This document shows, one piece after another, positions 41,324-53,136 of a stretch of DNA of 64,000 bases (position 1 is its first letter; every line of letters starts with the position of its first letter). The DNA is from Octopus vulgaris (taxonomy: Eukaryota), in the NCBI GenBank assembly GCA_951406725.2, contig OX597824.1, forward strand, positions 32,612,001-32,676,000. The letters are read 5' to 3'. The translations under genes and the position numbers were made by a program. Below the pieces are notes generated by a model, which had not been told where the DNA came from, did no database searches, and saw only the letters and a program-made list of their open reading frames with translations.

Positions 41324-41690
41324 TGGCATCTCAAGGCGGTTACAATACCAGTGATCGTAGGAGCACTAGGAATGATCAAGAAGAGAACCGAAAATTATAT
41401 GAGAATGATCCCTGGCTTACCATCCCTGCAAGAAGTGCAAAAGATTGTCTTAACTGGTACATCACACGTATTGAGAAGAGCATTGTCGATGTGAGAACTG
41501 TTGCTGCTCATGTATTTTAATTTAACTTAAAAAAACCAATTTTTTTTAAATGAACGAACTACTGAGTTTGGTTTAATGGCCTACCAATGTATACTATGAG
41601 TTTCTTTGCCCTAGGAGTCGGGAAGACACTCGGCAAGAAATGGAAGCAAATTTGAAAGAAGAAAAAAAAAAAAGTAATAATAATAATCAT
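41321..41690 (+). mobile_element. R4/Dong-like non-LTR retrotransposon 3' end inserted in (TAA)n
   Basis: MWHLKAVTIPVIVGALGMIKKRTENYMRMIPGLPSLQEVQKIVLTGTSHVLRRALSM* (41321-41494), 3' UTR, A-rich tail, TAA repeats on both sides. Confidence 0.8.
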
Positions 41691-41834
41691 AATGAAATTA
41701 TTGTATACAGTGCTCAGGTGCACCACAACAATACTATATAAAAAAATAAAAGCAAAACATAAGATTCTGGAACAAGGTATTTATATAGAAGTAGGAAAGT
41801 TCAGTTATTGAAAATTTTTTTAAAGATAACTATT

Positions 41835-43111
41835 TCTGGCAAGCTGGCAAAATCATTAGCATGTTGAGCAAAATCCTTACCAGTTTTCACTGGTATTTAC
41901 ATTTTGAGTTCAAATCCTGCTGAGGTCGACCTTGCCTCTCATCCTTTCAGGACTGATAAAATAAGTATCAGGTGAACATTTGGGTTGATGTAATCAACTT
42001 AACCAACCCTGGCCATCCCGAAACTTGCTGGCCTTGTGTCAGAATTTGAAACCAATAAATCAGTTGTGTTATGAAAAATATGTTAGGTTTCTATTAAGAG
42101 ATCATTTTTTTCTTTATTCAAAGGTAAAAATAACATATACTTTACAAAAAAAATTAATTTACTTCAGGTCTAACTGGTTATTTAATCCATCTTTAATAAA
42201 ATTATAGTTGTGTTGCTATGAAGTTTACTTTGCAATTATGAGGTTTGGGATTCAGCTCCACTATGCGATACCTTGGACAGTGGCAGTGTTTTCTACTGCC
42301 ACCCCGGGGCTATAGTTGAAGACATATAGTTTGATGGGACTCTTGCAAGCTGGCAGAGTCATTAACATGTTGAGCAAAATTCTTAGCAGCATTTCACCGG
42401 TATTTACATTTTGGGTTCAAATCCTGCTGAGGTCGACTTTGGTGTGGTTTTAAATAGATTGATATCAAAATTTTGCTTCTTGCATTTCAAATACTGGTTT
42501 CAAATTTTAGCACAAGGCCAATAATTTCAGGGGTGGGAAGGGTAAGTTGATTACATTGACTCCAGTACTCAACTGGTACTTATTTTATCAACCCCAAAAT
42601 AATGAAAAGCAAAAGCTGGCCTCGTTGGAATTTGAAGTTGCCATGTAAAAGACATGAAATGCTGCTATGCATTTTATCCCATGTGCTAACGGTTCTGCCA
42701 GCTCACCACCTTGTATAAAAGCCTATTATATTGGTTTCAAATTCTGGCACAAGACCAGCAACTTTTAGCACATTCATTTTATCAACTCTAAAAGGAAGAA
42801 AGGCAAAGTTGACCTCAGCGGAATTTGAACTCAGAATGTAAAAGACAGATGAAATTCTGCAAAGCATTTTGCCCGGTGTACTAATGATTGTGCCAGCACA
42901 CCACCTTTCTGCCTTTCAAATATTACTAAAACTTGTGAAGCCTTATTTGAATGATTTTAATGAAGAACAGGCATAGGAGTGGCTGTGTGGTAAGTAGCAT
43001 GCTTATGAACCACATGGTTCCGGGTTCAGTCCCACTGCGTGGCACCTTGGGCAAGTGTCTTCTACTTGTGAGTTGATTTGGTAGACAGAAACTGAAAGAA
43101 GCCCGTCGTAC

Positions 43112-43160
<49 letters not shown>

Positions 43161-43540
43161 TGTATGTATGTATATGTGTATGTGTGTCTGTGTTTGTGCC
43201 CCCAACATCACTTGATGTGCTTACATCCCCCGTAACATTATTGGTTCAGCAAAAGAGACCAATAGAATAAGTACTAGGCTTACAAAGAATAAGTCCTGGA
43301 GTCTTATTCCCAATAAAATACTGATTTAGAATTTTGGCACAGTGCCAGCAAGTTTGGTGGGAAGAGGAAAGTTGACTTCATCAATCCCAGTGCCCAGCTG
43401 GTACTCATTTTATTGACCCTGAAAGGATGAAAGGCAAAGTCAACCTTGGTGCAATTTGAACTCAGAACATAAAGACAGATGAAATGCCATTAAGCATTTT
43501 GCCTGGTGTGCTAATGATTCTGCCAGGTCACTGACTTATT
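41835..43540. mobile_element. Cluster of SINE B copies in both orientations plus one SINE A (~42969-43305)
   Basis: Plus copies near 41835 and 42345; minus copies near 42495-42710, 42730-42910 and 43325-43535. Confidence 0.85.
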
Positions 43541-45107
43541 TCTGATGAAGTATTGCAAGTAAGTATTTGATGATCCTCTTACTAACTTCTAACAAAACAG
43601 CAATCAACACTTATGAAAATATGTAGGAAATATTTGTTAACGTCACAGCAGAGAATTATGAAGACCTTAATGCTTCTGTGCTTAAGTGTTTTGAACAGCT
43701 GGGAATTAATGCGAGTGTCAATTGGGTTAATTTCTTCAGAAACTTAGACTAGAAAGTAAAAGGGCAAGGAAAGGAATAATGTGAGTGAATCAAGACAAGA
43801 GTATTATACACTCACACACACATGTATGTGTATGTATATATATACACACACATATTTGGTTTAAATTGTCTTTTTGCATACATCAAAATGATGTGTTATA
43901 ATACTATTCCACATATACAAAAACTGCCATACCAACAATCCAACAATCCCTATCATCAGCTGCTCCATGGATATCATTATGGTTTCGACACCTGGGCAGT
44001 ACCATTCAATCCGGTGGTGTCAACAGCACTAAAATAAGTGTTGTTTGGGAACAAACATATCAAAGAAACCACAACTTTCAAAAATATTTACCCTATGTAT
44101 AATAGTATTGGTATGTATATATGTATGTGTGTATGTAAGTATGTGTGTGTGTATGTGTGTGAGTGCGTGTGCATGTGTGTGTACATGCATGTTTGTTACT
44201 GTCTATTTGCCTCAGCTTTGTGCGATAGTTGTTAACGAGTGCCACTGTCAATGTTGAAAACATGTCCAGCTATAGGGAAGTACCATCTTGTTGTGAAACA
44301 GGTGAAGGTTGACAACAAGAAGGGTTTCCACCCAATGTTAGTGAATTCCATCTGACCCATGCAAACATGGAAAAGTGGATGTTAAAATGATGATGTGTGT
44401 ATGTATGTTACATAAAATTTCTGTGTTTTTGAAGGCAATCAGTTGGCAGAATCAATAGGGCATCTTATAAATGCCTTCTGATTATTATTCTGACTCTTTG
44501 TATCTTGAGTTCAATTCCTATTGAGGTGAACTTTTAACTTTTATCCCTCCAGGGTTGATAAATAAGTACCAGTTAAATACAGGGGGTGATTATTCTCTCA
44601 TACTTTCTCAGAATCAAGCATACTGCTTTGTGAGAAGATTATGAGGAAGACCACTCATAGAGTCTCTTATTTTGAAACGTAGAGGATTGCATATGGGGTA
44701 ACTGGTGACCTCTTACTAGTTTGCATGTTATGAAAACCAGCCAAAGAAATCAAAAATGGTTGGCATGGATGGATTAATGTAATGAAATGGTCAAACAAAA
44801 GATCGAATGCAACCCAGGACATTACTGTTTTGAGTCCCACTATTCTGAGGCATATAAGTGATGAAGATCACAACATTACCCCTGGATGGGGTGCCAGTAC
44901 ATAGCAAGGTTTCTCATTTACAGCTGAGTGGACTGGAGTGACATGAAAATGAGATGTTTTGTTCAAAAAGAAAACACACCACCTGATCCAAGAATTGAAG
45001 CTATGATCTTGCAATCGTGTGTTCAATAATACTGCAGCCATTAGGTCATGTGCAATTGGAATGGTATGGTTATAAAAAAGAAAAGAAGAAAAATTCCAGG
45101 AGGCGCA

Positions 45108-45470
45108 TAGGCACAGGAATGGCTGTGTGGTAAGCAACTTGCTTACCAGCCATTCCCACTGCATGCCACCTTGGGCAAGTGTCTTCTACTATAGCCTGAG
45201 GTTGACCAAAGCCTTGTGAGTGGATTTGATAGACAGAAACTGTAAGAATGTATGTGTGTGTATATGTTTGTGTGTCTTTGTTTGTCCCCCAACATCGCTT
45301 GACAACTGATGCTGGTGTGTTTACGTCCCTGTAACTTAGCGGTTTGGCAAAAGAGAACAATAAAATAAGTACTAGGCTTCCAAAGAATAAGTCCTGGGGG
45401 TCAATTTGCTCGAGTAAAGGTGGTGCTCTAGCATGGCCACAGTCAAATGACTGAAATAAGTAAAAGAGTA
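45108..45470 (+). mobile_element. SINE family A
   Basis: Head ggcacaggaatggctgtgtggtaag, tail gactgaaataagtaaaagag. Confidence 0.85.
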
Positions 45471-45645
45471 CATGATTCATAAACTTTGGCAAACTTCTCA
45501 AATACTGAACTTATATTTGGAATCTCGGGCTGTAAGTAATCTATCAGCCATTACTGATAAAGATAACAACTATTTACTGTAAGAACTATCATCTTAAGCC
45601 ATGTCATCCACTATTACTGTTGTTGTTGTTGTTATTATTATTATT

Positions 45646-45870
45646 AAGGTGGTGAGCTGGCAGAATTGTTAGCACACTGGGCAAAATGCTTGGCAGCATT
45701 TCATCTGAATTTACGTTCTGAGTTCAAATTCTGCCACGGTTGACTTTCCATCTCTTCTTTTCGGGGTCGATAAAATAAGTACCAGAACACTGGGGGTTGA
45801 TATAATCGATTCATCTCCTTCCCCAAAATTGCTGCCCTTGAGGCAAAATTTGAAACCATTATCATCGTCA

Positions 45871-45901
<31 letters not shown>

Positions 45902-46960
45902 GTTATTATTACGGTGGTGAGCTGGCAGAATCACTAGTGTGCTGGACGAAATGCTTAGCAGTGCGTCGCCCACAGCTACATTCTGAGTTCAAATTCTGCT
46001 GAGGTCGACTTTGCCTTTCCTCCTTTCAGGGTTGATAAATTAAGTACCAGTGAAACACTGGGGTCGATGTAATCAACTACTCTCCTCCTTGCAAATATGG
46101 AGCCTTGTGCCTCCAGTAGAAAGGATTATTATTACCTCTGCCTTAGCGAAGGCAGTGGTATTGTTTTCAGTTGTGTTTGTTTGTCCATGGACAAGATACT
46201 TCAAGAACTGCTGGATGGATTTGGATGAAACTTTCAGGGATGTTTGGCCTCATGACTGGCATGAACTGATTAGATTTTGGAATCGATCTGTTACCAGACA
46301 AGGATTCTGAAATATTTTTCCAGTTTTTTTACTTAATTCTTGAGAGCGGTCAGGTTCATTTTTAGTATTCTCGTCTGTGAGAGCAGTCGAGTTTATTTCA
46401 GATATTCTCATTTTAAAAATCATCTCTGGCTAATCATTTAGAGAACGTTAGTGTTGCCTTGGAAAGGTTTGCGCTCGCTGAGTGCTCTTGGTATAATAAT
46501 TATTATTATTATTATTATTATTTTTAATGTGACAAGCTAATAGAATTGTCTGCATGCCTGGCAAAATGCTTAGTGATATTTCATTCATCTTTACATTCTG
46601 AGTTCAAATTCTACCGAGGTCGACTTTGCCTTTCATCCTTTCAGGGTCAATGAAATAAGTTCCAGTTATGCACTGGGGTCAATGTAATCAATTTATCCCC
46701 CCACCAAAATCTCAGGCCTTGTGCTTATAGTGGAAATGGATATTATTAAGGTGGTGAGCTGGCAGAGTTGTTAGAATTCTAAACAGAGTGCTTAGTGGCA
46801 TTCCATCTGTCTCCATGTTCTGAGTTCAAATTCCACTGAGGTTGACTTTACATTTCATCCTTTCAAGGTCAATAAAATAAGTACCAGTTGAGTACTGGGG
46901 TTGATCTAATTGATTTAGCCGCTCCCCCAAAACTGTTGGCCTTGTGTCAAAATTTGAAAT
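45646..46960 (+). mobile_element. Head-to-tail chain of four SINE B copies separated by (ATT)n
   Basis: Heads near 45646, 45912, 46527 and 46748, each preceded by an ATT run. Confidence 0.85.
46131..46493 (+). mobile_element. Helentron-associated non-autonomous element (HINE/DINE-1-like)
   Basis: 5' hairpin tacctctgcctt-agcg-aaggcagtggta, short gttt repeat, ggatggatttggatgaaacttt core, 3' gccttggaaaggt plus hairpin gcgctc-gct-gagtgc. Confidence 0.65.
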
Positions 46961-47010
46961 TATTATTATTATTATTATCTATCTATTCATATATGTATGT
47001 GTGTGTGTAT

Positions 47011-47092
<82 letters not shown>

Positions 47093-47869
47093 GATTATTG
47101 ATTTTTCTTCCAGTTGGTAGAGACACCTTAAGTGTTCGATACCATTCTAAATATCTTTATCAATAAAGCTGTAATCTTGAGGCCCATGTCTTTGCTGACC
47201 ATAATATTAATTACCACACATGGTTATTACTCAGCTCCAGGTGACAACAAGAATATAGACAAGTCTTAGTATGGATAATATCATCCTTAGAAGATATTAC
47301 TAACAGAATATGAAGCTCAAAGATTCAATAAATATATTACTGATAATATTAGAGTACTGGTTGTAGTGTTTGAACAACTCATTTAGATATCTCTGGACAT
47401 AGATCCTATTTTGTATAAGGAGAGAATGAGTTTAATAAGCTAACATATACAAATAATTCACACAACCATACACACACATCAGAGTTGTGTGACATTAAAA
47501 AATTATGTCAGTACATCTATATCGTAAGTTGGATGAATGATACCAACTTAGGTATGAAGTGTAGCTTATTTTAGATGAGTGATTGCTATGCTACTTCATA
47601 CTTTGAAGAACATGCTTATGTCACACAAGAGCAAGAGATAATTACAAAGTATCTCGTAAATAGCAAGCAAGAAGAGGCATCGTAAGAACTATTTTACCAT
47701 AATTAATGTTGGTTATTTTAGACCAGTCATAGTAACCTACATTCATAACAGATACTCCAAGATATCAAAAAGATATTTACAACTTCCCATAAAGCTGGAT
47801 GTTATAGCAAAGATTGCATTGATGAAAAGATTCAAGAAGGGCAATGAACCTGAATGTACCATATTTTTG

Positions 47870-48265
47870 TCCTTTTATTTGTTTCAGTAAAAGGACCATA
47901 CTGTGACCATATTGGGGCTGTAACTTGAAGAATCTTAGTTGAACAAATGAACCCCAATACTTGGTACTTACTTTATCAGTCTATTTTGCTGAACTGCTAA
48001 GTTATGTGGATGTAAACAAACTAACACCAGTTGTCAAGCAGTGGTAGATGACAAACAAAGACAAAAAGTCAGACACATACACGCACACATATACATACAT
48101 ATATGACTGGCTTTTTTCAGTTTCTGTCTACCAAATCCACTCACAAGGCTTTGGTTGGCCTGAGGCATTAGTTGAAAACACTTGCCCAAGATGCCATGGA
48201 CTGAGACTGAAACCGAAACCATGTGGTTGGAAAGCAAACTTCTTACCACATAGCCACGTTTGCAC
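47870..48265 (-). mobile_element. SINE family A
   Basis: Head and tail recognisable. Confidence 0.8.
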
Positions 48266-48799
48266 CCTGCACCATCATTAACAATAAATATTGTTACATT
48301 CCCATCACTAGAAGATGGTAGAGTTCGCTCCCCTGCTTACAATATATATTGGGTGCAGATTGCATCAAATAACCAGCTAGAAGAGGCATCTTCTTGGAGT
48401 TAAAAATGGTAGTAACATCAGTTCCAATAGAACAGCTATATAGTGACTGCTTTCATCTCTTATAAAGATTTTCTAAACATCATAACATCATTATAGCTTT
48501 GAATTAAAACTTTCATCAATACAAGAATGAAATGCTAAAATGTTGCCTTTTAGTAGAGAAAACTTTAATATTGTGGAGCCAGTTATTGAACCATTCAGAA
48601 TTCCTGACCAAAGTTAAGTTAGTCTATTCATATAAAAGACATAAGTTGATATTATTATCGTAGACAACCAAATTCCACTCTAGTCTCTATTTAGTAACTA
48701 TTCTACCATCACCAATTCATTCACATTCATCTCTACTGCCAGGAAAGTCACGAGGAGAAAATAGTTTAGTTTCTTGTACATTATACAAGTATGATGGAA

Positions 48800-49036
48800 T
48801 TGGCTTAGTGGTTAGGGTGTCAGCGTCATGATCGTAAGATTGTGGTTTCGATTCCTGGACTGGGCAACGCGTTGTGTTCATGAGCAAAACACTTCATTTC
48901 ACGTTGCTCCAGTCCACTCAGCTGGCAAAAGTGAGTAACGCTGCGATGGACTGGCGTCCCATCCAGCTGGGGAGCACATACGCCATAGAAACCAGGAAAC
49001 TGGGACCATGAACCTTAAAGGCTTTTAAAAGGGCGC
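48800..49036 (+). mobile_element. SINE family D
   Basis: tggcttagtggttagggtgtcagcg...gtttcgattcctgg...tgcgatggactggcgtcccatccagc. Confidence 0.85.
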
Positions 49037-49339
49037 ATTATAATTCTTCAACAGAGATGACTATTTAAATGGCCCAATTATTTAAATTTTACCTAAAATT
49101 ATTTAAAAACAGAATATCTATGGTTTATAACACTCCCATATATTATTGTTATCCTTTTATCTTTAACTTGTTCTGGTTATTGGACTGCCTTGAAAGGTTT
49201 AGTCAAAGAAAGACTCCAGTGCTCATTTTTAAAGTCTGGTACTTATTCTATCTATTTCTTTTGTTAAAATGCTAGATTACAAGGATGTAAATAAACCAAC
49301 AGCAATTGTCAAGCTGTGGAGAAGGGAACAAACACAAAT

Positions 49340-49520
49340 ATCGCTAGCCACTACATACATTTTTTTTCTCTCCTTGTTTCTTTCTGTGTTCCTTTCTGTG
49401 GAAGGGCGTAGGCTCAAAACGTTAAAGACTTTTTCAATTCCTGAGCGTTATACTAATACAGCTGTTTGTTTTCTACACCACCTGTCTTCATCTTTTGTTT
49501 TTTTCATGAATTCTCCATAT
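49340..49520 (+). mobile_element. Penelope-like terminus with a minimal hammerhead-like motif (49392-49427)
   Basis: cttt-CTGTGGA-A-gggc gtag gctc-AAAAC-GTT-aaag; followed by (TA)n. Confidence 0.55.
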
Positions 49521-49569
<49 letters not shown>

Positions 49570-49630
49570 CTAGTTAAAAAAACATAAATCTGAATAAGTA
49601 CACTATAAGAAGTAGAGCAGTATATATTTC

Positions 49631-49850
49631 TTCCTGGTGAAGGCCAGTTTATGTGGTTACTCTCGGTTTCCCATCTATAAAGGGTTTAACTTTATGGTGT
49701 ATCTTAAGACCCTCAAAATTGTTGGCCTATGACCTCTTCTTAAAGAGATCATAGGCCAACAAGATTTTGGTTTTGACAATATGCCATAAAGTTAAACCCT
49801 TTATGGACGGGAAACCCAGGGTAATCCCATAAACCGGCCTTCATCAGGAA
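49631..49850. repeat. Fold-back palindrome (~105-bp arms) flanked by (TA)n
   Basis: ttcctggtgaaggcc...ttgttggcctatgacctctt / aagagatcataggccaacaa...ggccttcatcaggaa. Confidence 0.9.
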
Positions 49851-50173
49851 TATATATATATGTCAATTTAGCTGCTATTTCTGGAGTGAAGCAAACACAG
49901 AGGTTCCTCTTGACAATTTGGTAGATAGTTGTATAGCGATTTTGAGGAGAAAGTATTGTGCAAAATTAAGAAACTAACTGTAGGAATATGGTTTAGATTT
50001 TGGACAACTGTTGCAACATTTAATTTTTTTCAATAGATTAAGAACATCAAACAATATAATAATAAACATAATAATAATAATAATAATAATAGTAATAATA
50101 ATGGTTTCAAATGGTACTTATTTAATTGATCCTGAAAGAATGAAAGGTAAAGTCGACCTCAGGGGAATTTGAA

Positions 50174-50215
<42 letters not shown>

Positions 50216-50272
50216 TGTATATCTAAAATATACAAAGGAAAATGTACAGAAATTTTGTGCTGGGAAAATACA

Positions 50273-51167
50273 TACGAGGTCCAACCAATAAGTATCTGGA
50301 CTGTTGCCATAGTAACGAAGCGAAAGTACACAGAGTAAAGCCACTTGAAAAAGACTGACCTACTGACCTTGAACTCTGTTGTGTATTTGCACTAAGTTTT
50401 AACATTCTAGCTCACTTCAGCTGTTTACAGCAGAACTTGGAAAGAAGGTGTGATTGTCACATTGACTATGACAGAAGAAGTTGTCATGGTGACACATACT
50501 CAGAGGCCTATGCAAAGTTGCAGAAAGTGTATGGAGAGGAGTGTATGAGCTGCACACAAGTGTATGAGTGGTTTACATGTTTCCAAGATGGCTGAAAAAT
50601 GTTGATATTAACAAACATTCTGGGAGACCCGCAACCTGCAGAACTGAGAAAAACATTGTAGATCTGCATGCTGCTGTGATGGGAAATCAGCAAATCACCA
50701 TCCGTGAGTTATCAGAGGATGTGCTGATTAGTTACAGTTCAGTTCAGTCCATTATCACTGAAGATTTGGGTATGAGACACGTGTCTGCCAAGTTTGTGTC
50801 AGAACTGCTTTCAGCTGACCAAAAAGGCACCCAGGTTTCAGTTGCACAAGATCTCCTTGATTGTGTTGAGAACGATGAAAACTTTTTTAAAACTTTGCGT
50901 AGACCTCTGAGCAGGTATCATCAAGCTTTTGGCTAAATTTGATGCAGATTCTCTGCTCAACTTTCTTTGTCATGGTCAATGCAAAGATCATATGCTACAC
51001 ACCTTCCTTCCATGCACTGCTGTAAGCAATGGAAGTGAGGTAGAACGTTAAAATCTAGTGCACAGGCACAGCAGAGTTTAAGATCAATCTCTGCCAAGCA
51101 GCTTTCACTCTGTGTGCTTTAGCTTTGTTATAGCAACAGTCCAAATACTTATTGATCAGATCACGTA
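50273..51167 (+). mobile_element. Non-autonomous mariner derivative built from two inverted 5' ends
   Basis: ta-cgaggtccaaccaataagtat ... atacttattgatcagatcacg-ta; transposase N-terminus (KVYGEECMS...HSGRP...RHVSAKFVSELL) on plus; MTKKVEQRICIKF on minus in the right arm. Confidence 0.9.
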
Positions 51168-51177
51168 TATATATTAT

Positions 51178-51373
51178 GAAATAAAATATTTACATAGTTG
51201 ACTGGTTTCACTTGTGCTAATGCTAATCATGACTAAGTGGTTAGAGATAATGTTCCTACTACTAACATGGAATGAAAACTTATTATGATAGCATAAAATT
51301 ATAACATTCTCATTAACAACTTAGTCACGATTAACACAAGTGAAACTGGTTGACTATTTAAATATTTTATTTC
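51178..51373. repeat. Fold-back element (outer arm continues at ~50235-50270 / ~51400-51422)
   Basis: gaaataaaatatttacatagttgactggtttcacttgtg ... cacaagtgaaactggttgactatttaaatattttatttc. Confidence 0.85.
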
Positions 51374-51825
51374 CCAAAAAACTTGTTTCTTTTCCAACAT
51401 AAAACTTCTGTGCATTTTCCTTCTTTTTATAGTTTTACCCCCATTCACCACATGGAATTTTTTTCTTGAACCTTTTCACTATATATTTACATAAATTGTG
51501 ATAAAAGTTTGATGTAAAATGAAATGTCAATAACAGCTGAGTCCTCTCTGTTATTGCAGACATTTAGTTCAGATCCCCAGCCTGAATATAACTTGATATC
51601 TTGGTGAGCTGCTTCCCACAGCAGTAACCATGTGTTGTGGTTTCTTCCTTCTTTCTCTCCTTCTTTCCATCCATCCATCCATCCATCCTGCCTTCCTTCC
51701 TTACTTCCTTTCTTCCTTCCTTCCTTCCCCTCCCTTTTATTCCTCCTTTTTCCCTTCCTTCTGTCTTTCCCCAACAATGTTAAAGACCTTGAAAAATAAG
51801 GTTAAAAACATCACTGTTTACATAC

Positions 51826-51951
51826 CTTATTGGAAATATTGATGAGGGAACAAATTCGGTTTCCAAAACCTTCAGCAGCCAGACAATATCTCTCACCACT
51901 ATCATTTTCTCTTGCTGTGGATGCTAAACAACTGAGACAAACAATGTCTTC
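51826..51951 (-). CDS. RyR: Ryanodine receptor, internal coding exon (equivalent to exon 2), N-terminal domain
   Basis: Minus strand tttcaacag|GAAGAC...AATAAG|gtatgt; 126 nt, phase 0-0; [42 protein letters not shown] contains the RyR signature [10 protein letters not shown]. Confidence 0.96.
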
Positions 51952-52428
51952 CTGTTGAAAAAAAGCAACAAAAATATAAAAATTAGAATTCTATATACTC
52001 AGAGAGGAAGAATTTTTTTTGCGAAGGGTAAATGAATAAAAGGAACAAAAAAATTATTGTGAAACAGAAGAAAACAAATTTAGCAGCTGGTACACCTATC
52101 CTTGTTTACCCCTGATTCATTCACCACTTATCTAGGATAACATGGTACATCACACTGTGAACCGTGTAGTGTTTTTTATGGATTGTTTTGTGATAATATG
52201 GGTTGGTGATCAATCAGAGATTTTGCTTGGACTGTAAAAACACTCTCCAGTAACCATCCACAATACTCAGGACAACTTGAGGGTTTCAAGATGACAACCT
52301 ATTTTCCTATCATCATCATCATTATTTAGTGCCTACTTTCTATGTTGGTATGGATTGGATGGTTTGACAAGAGCCGACAAGACAAGCTCTATTGTTTATT
52401 TTGGCATGGTTTCTATGAATGGATGTCC

Positions 52429-52593
52429 CAGGGGGTGGACCCAAGGTGGGGGGGGCTGAGGGGCACGTACCCCCCCCTCCTGAAGAAAAGAAGTGCACCC
52501 TTCTGAATAATGTTATTACGCCCTTTTCTCCAGGAACTGTATTCCCTTCCAACCTTGTGCCCTCCTTTCGAAAAATTCCTGTGACTGCGCCTG
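52429..52593. mobile_element. GC-rich MITE nested in an RTE 3' tail
   Basis: Imperfect TIRs cagggggtggacccaagg / cctgtgactgcgcctg interrupt the ggatgcccttcctaa motif of the host repeat. Confidence 0.55.
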
Positions 52594-52908
52594 TGCCTGT
52601 GCCTTTCCTAATGTCAACCACTTTACAGAGTGTACTGGGTGTTTTTGTGTGGTACCAACACCATAATGGTCACCAAGTACCTTGTATGAGAAAACAGAGT
52701 CTCTTCATTGTGGTGGTGATGGGGGAATAGCATTGAGAGAAGTGGCTTTGCAGGATAGTGATAGGTGTCTTGCTGTGGAAGAGATACAAGGATGCCTCAG
52801 TTGGAGGAGAAGGGAGAGATGGGCTTATTTATCACTGATTCATTTAACATGGTACTTTTCTTTGGTTTTTGGAACAAAGCACCCATGATAAACGAGGCTA
52901 AATGCATC

Positions 52909-53136
52909 ATTAACCTTTTAGCAGTTAGATTACTCTGCCAAATGCCATGCTAATTTACTGTTTTGAATTAATGTTCCACTATCTCATAACTCTAAGATTT
53001 CAGTGATGTGACTTTTTTTTTTTTTTTTTAGAATGACATTGTAATCTAGGTATGAGAGGCCAGCTTTGGCCAGTTTGAACATAAAACAGGTACAATGTTT
53101 GGGCCAGATATAGCCAGTTAAATGCTAAAGGGTTAG
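52909..53136. mobile_element. piggyBac-like MITE (second copy ~54985-55217)
   Basis: ttaa-ccttttagca ... tgctaaaggg-tta; homologous internal sequence in both copies. Confidence 0.6.

Noticed and set aside
47100-48720. Unique-looking tracts, possibly an old LINE
   Set aside because: No open frame or diagnostic motif that I could support
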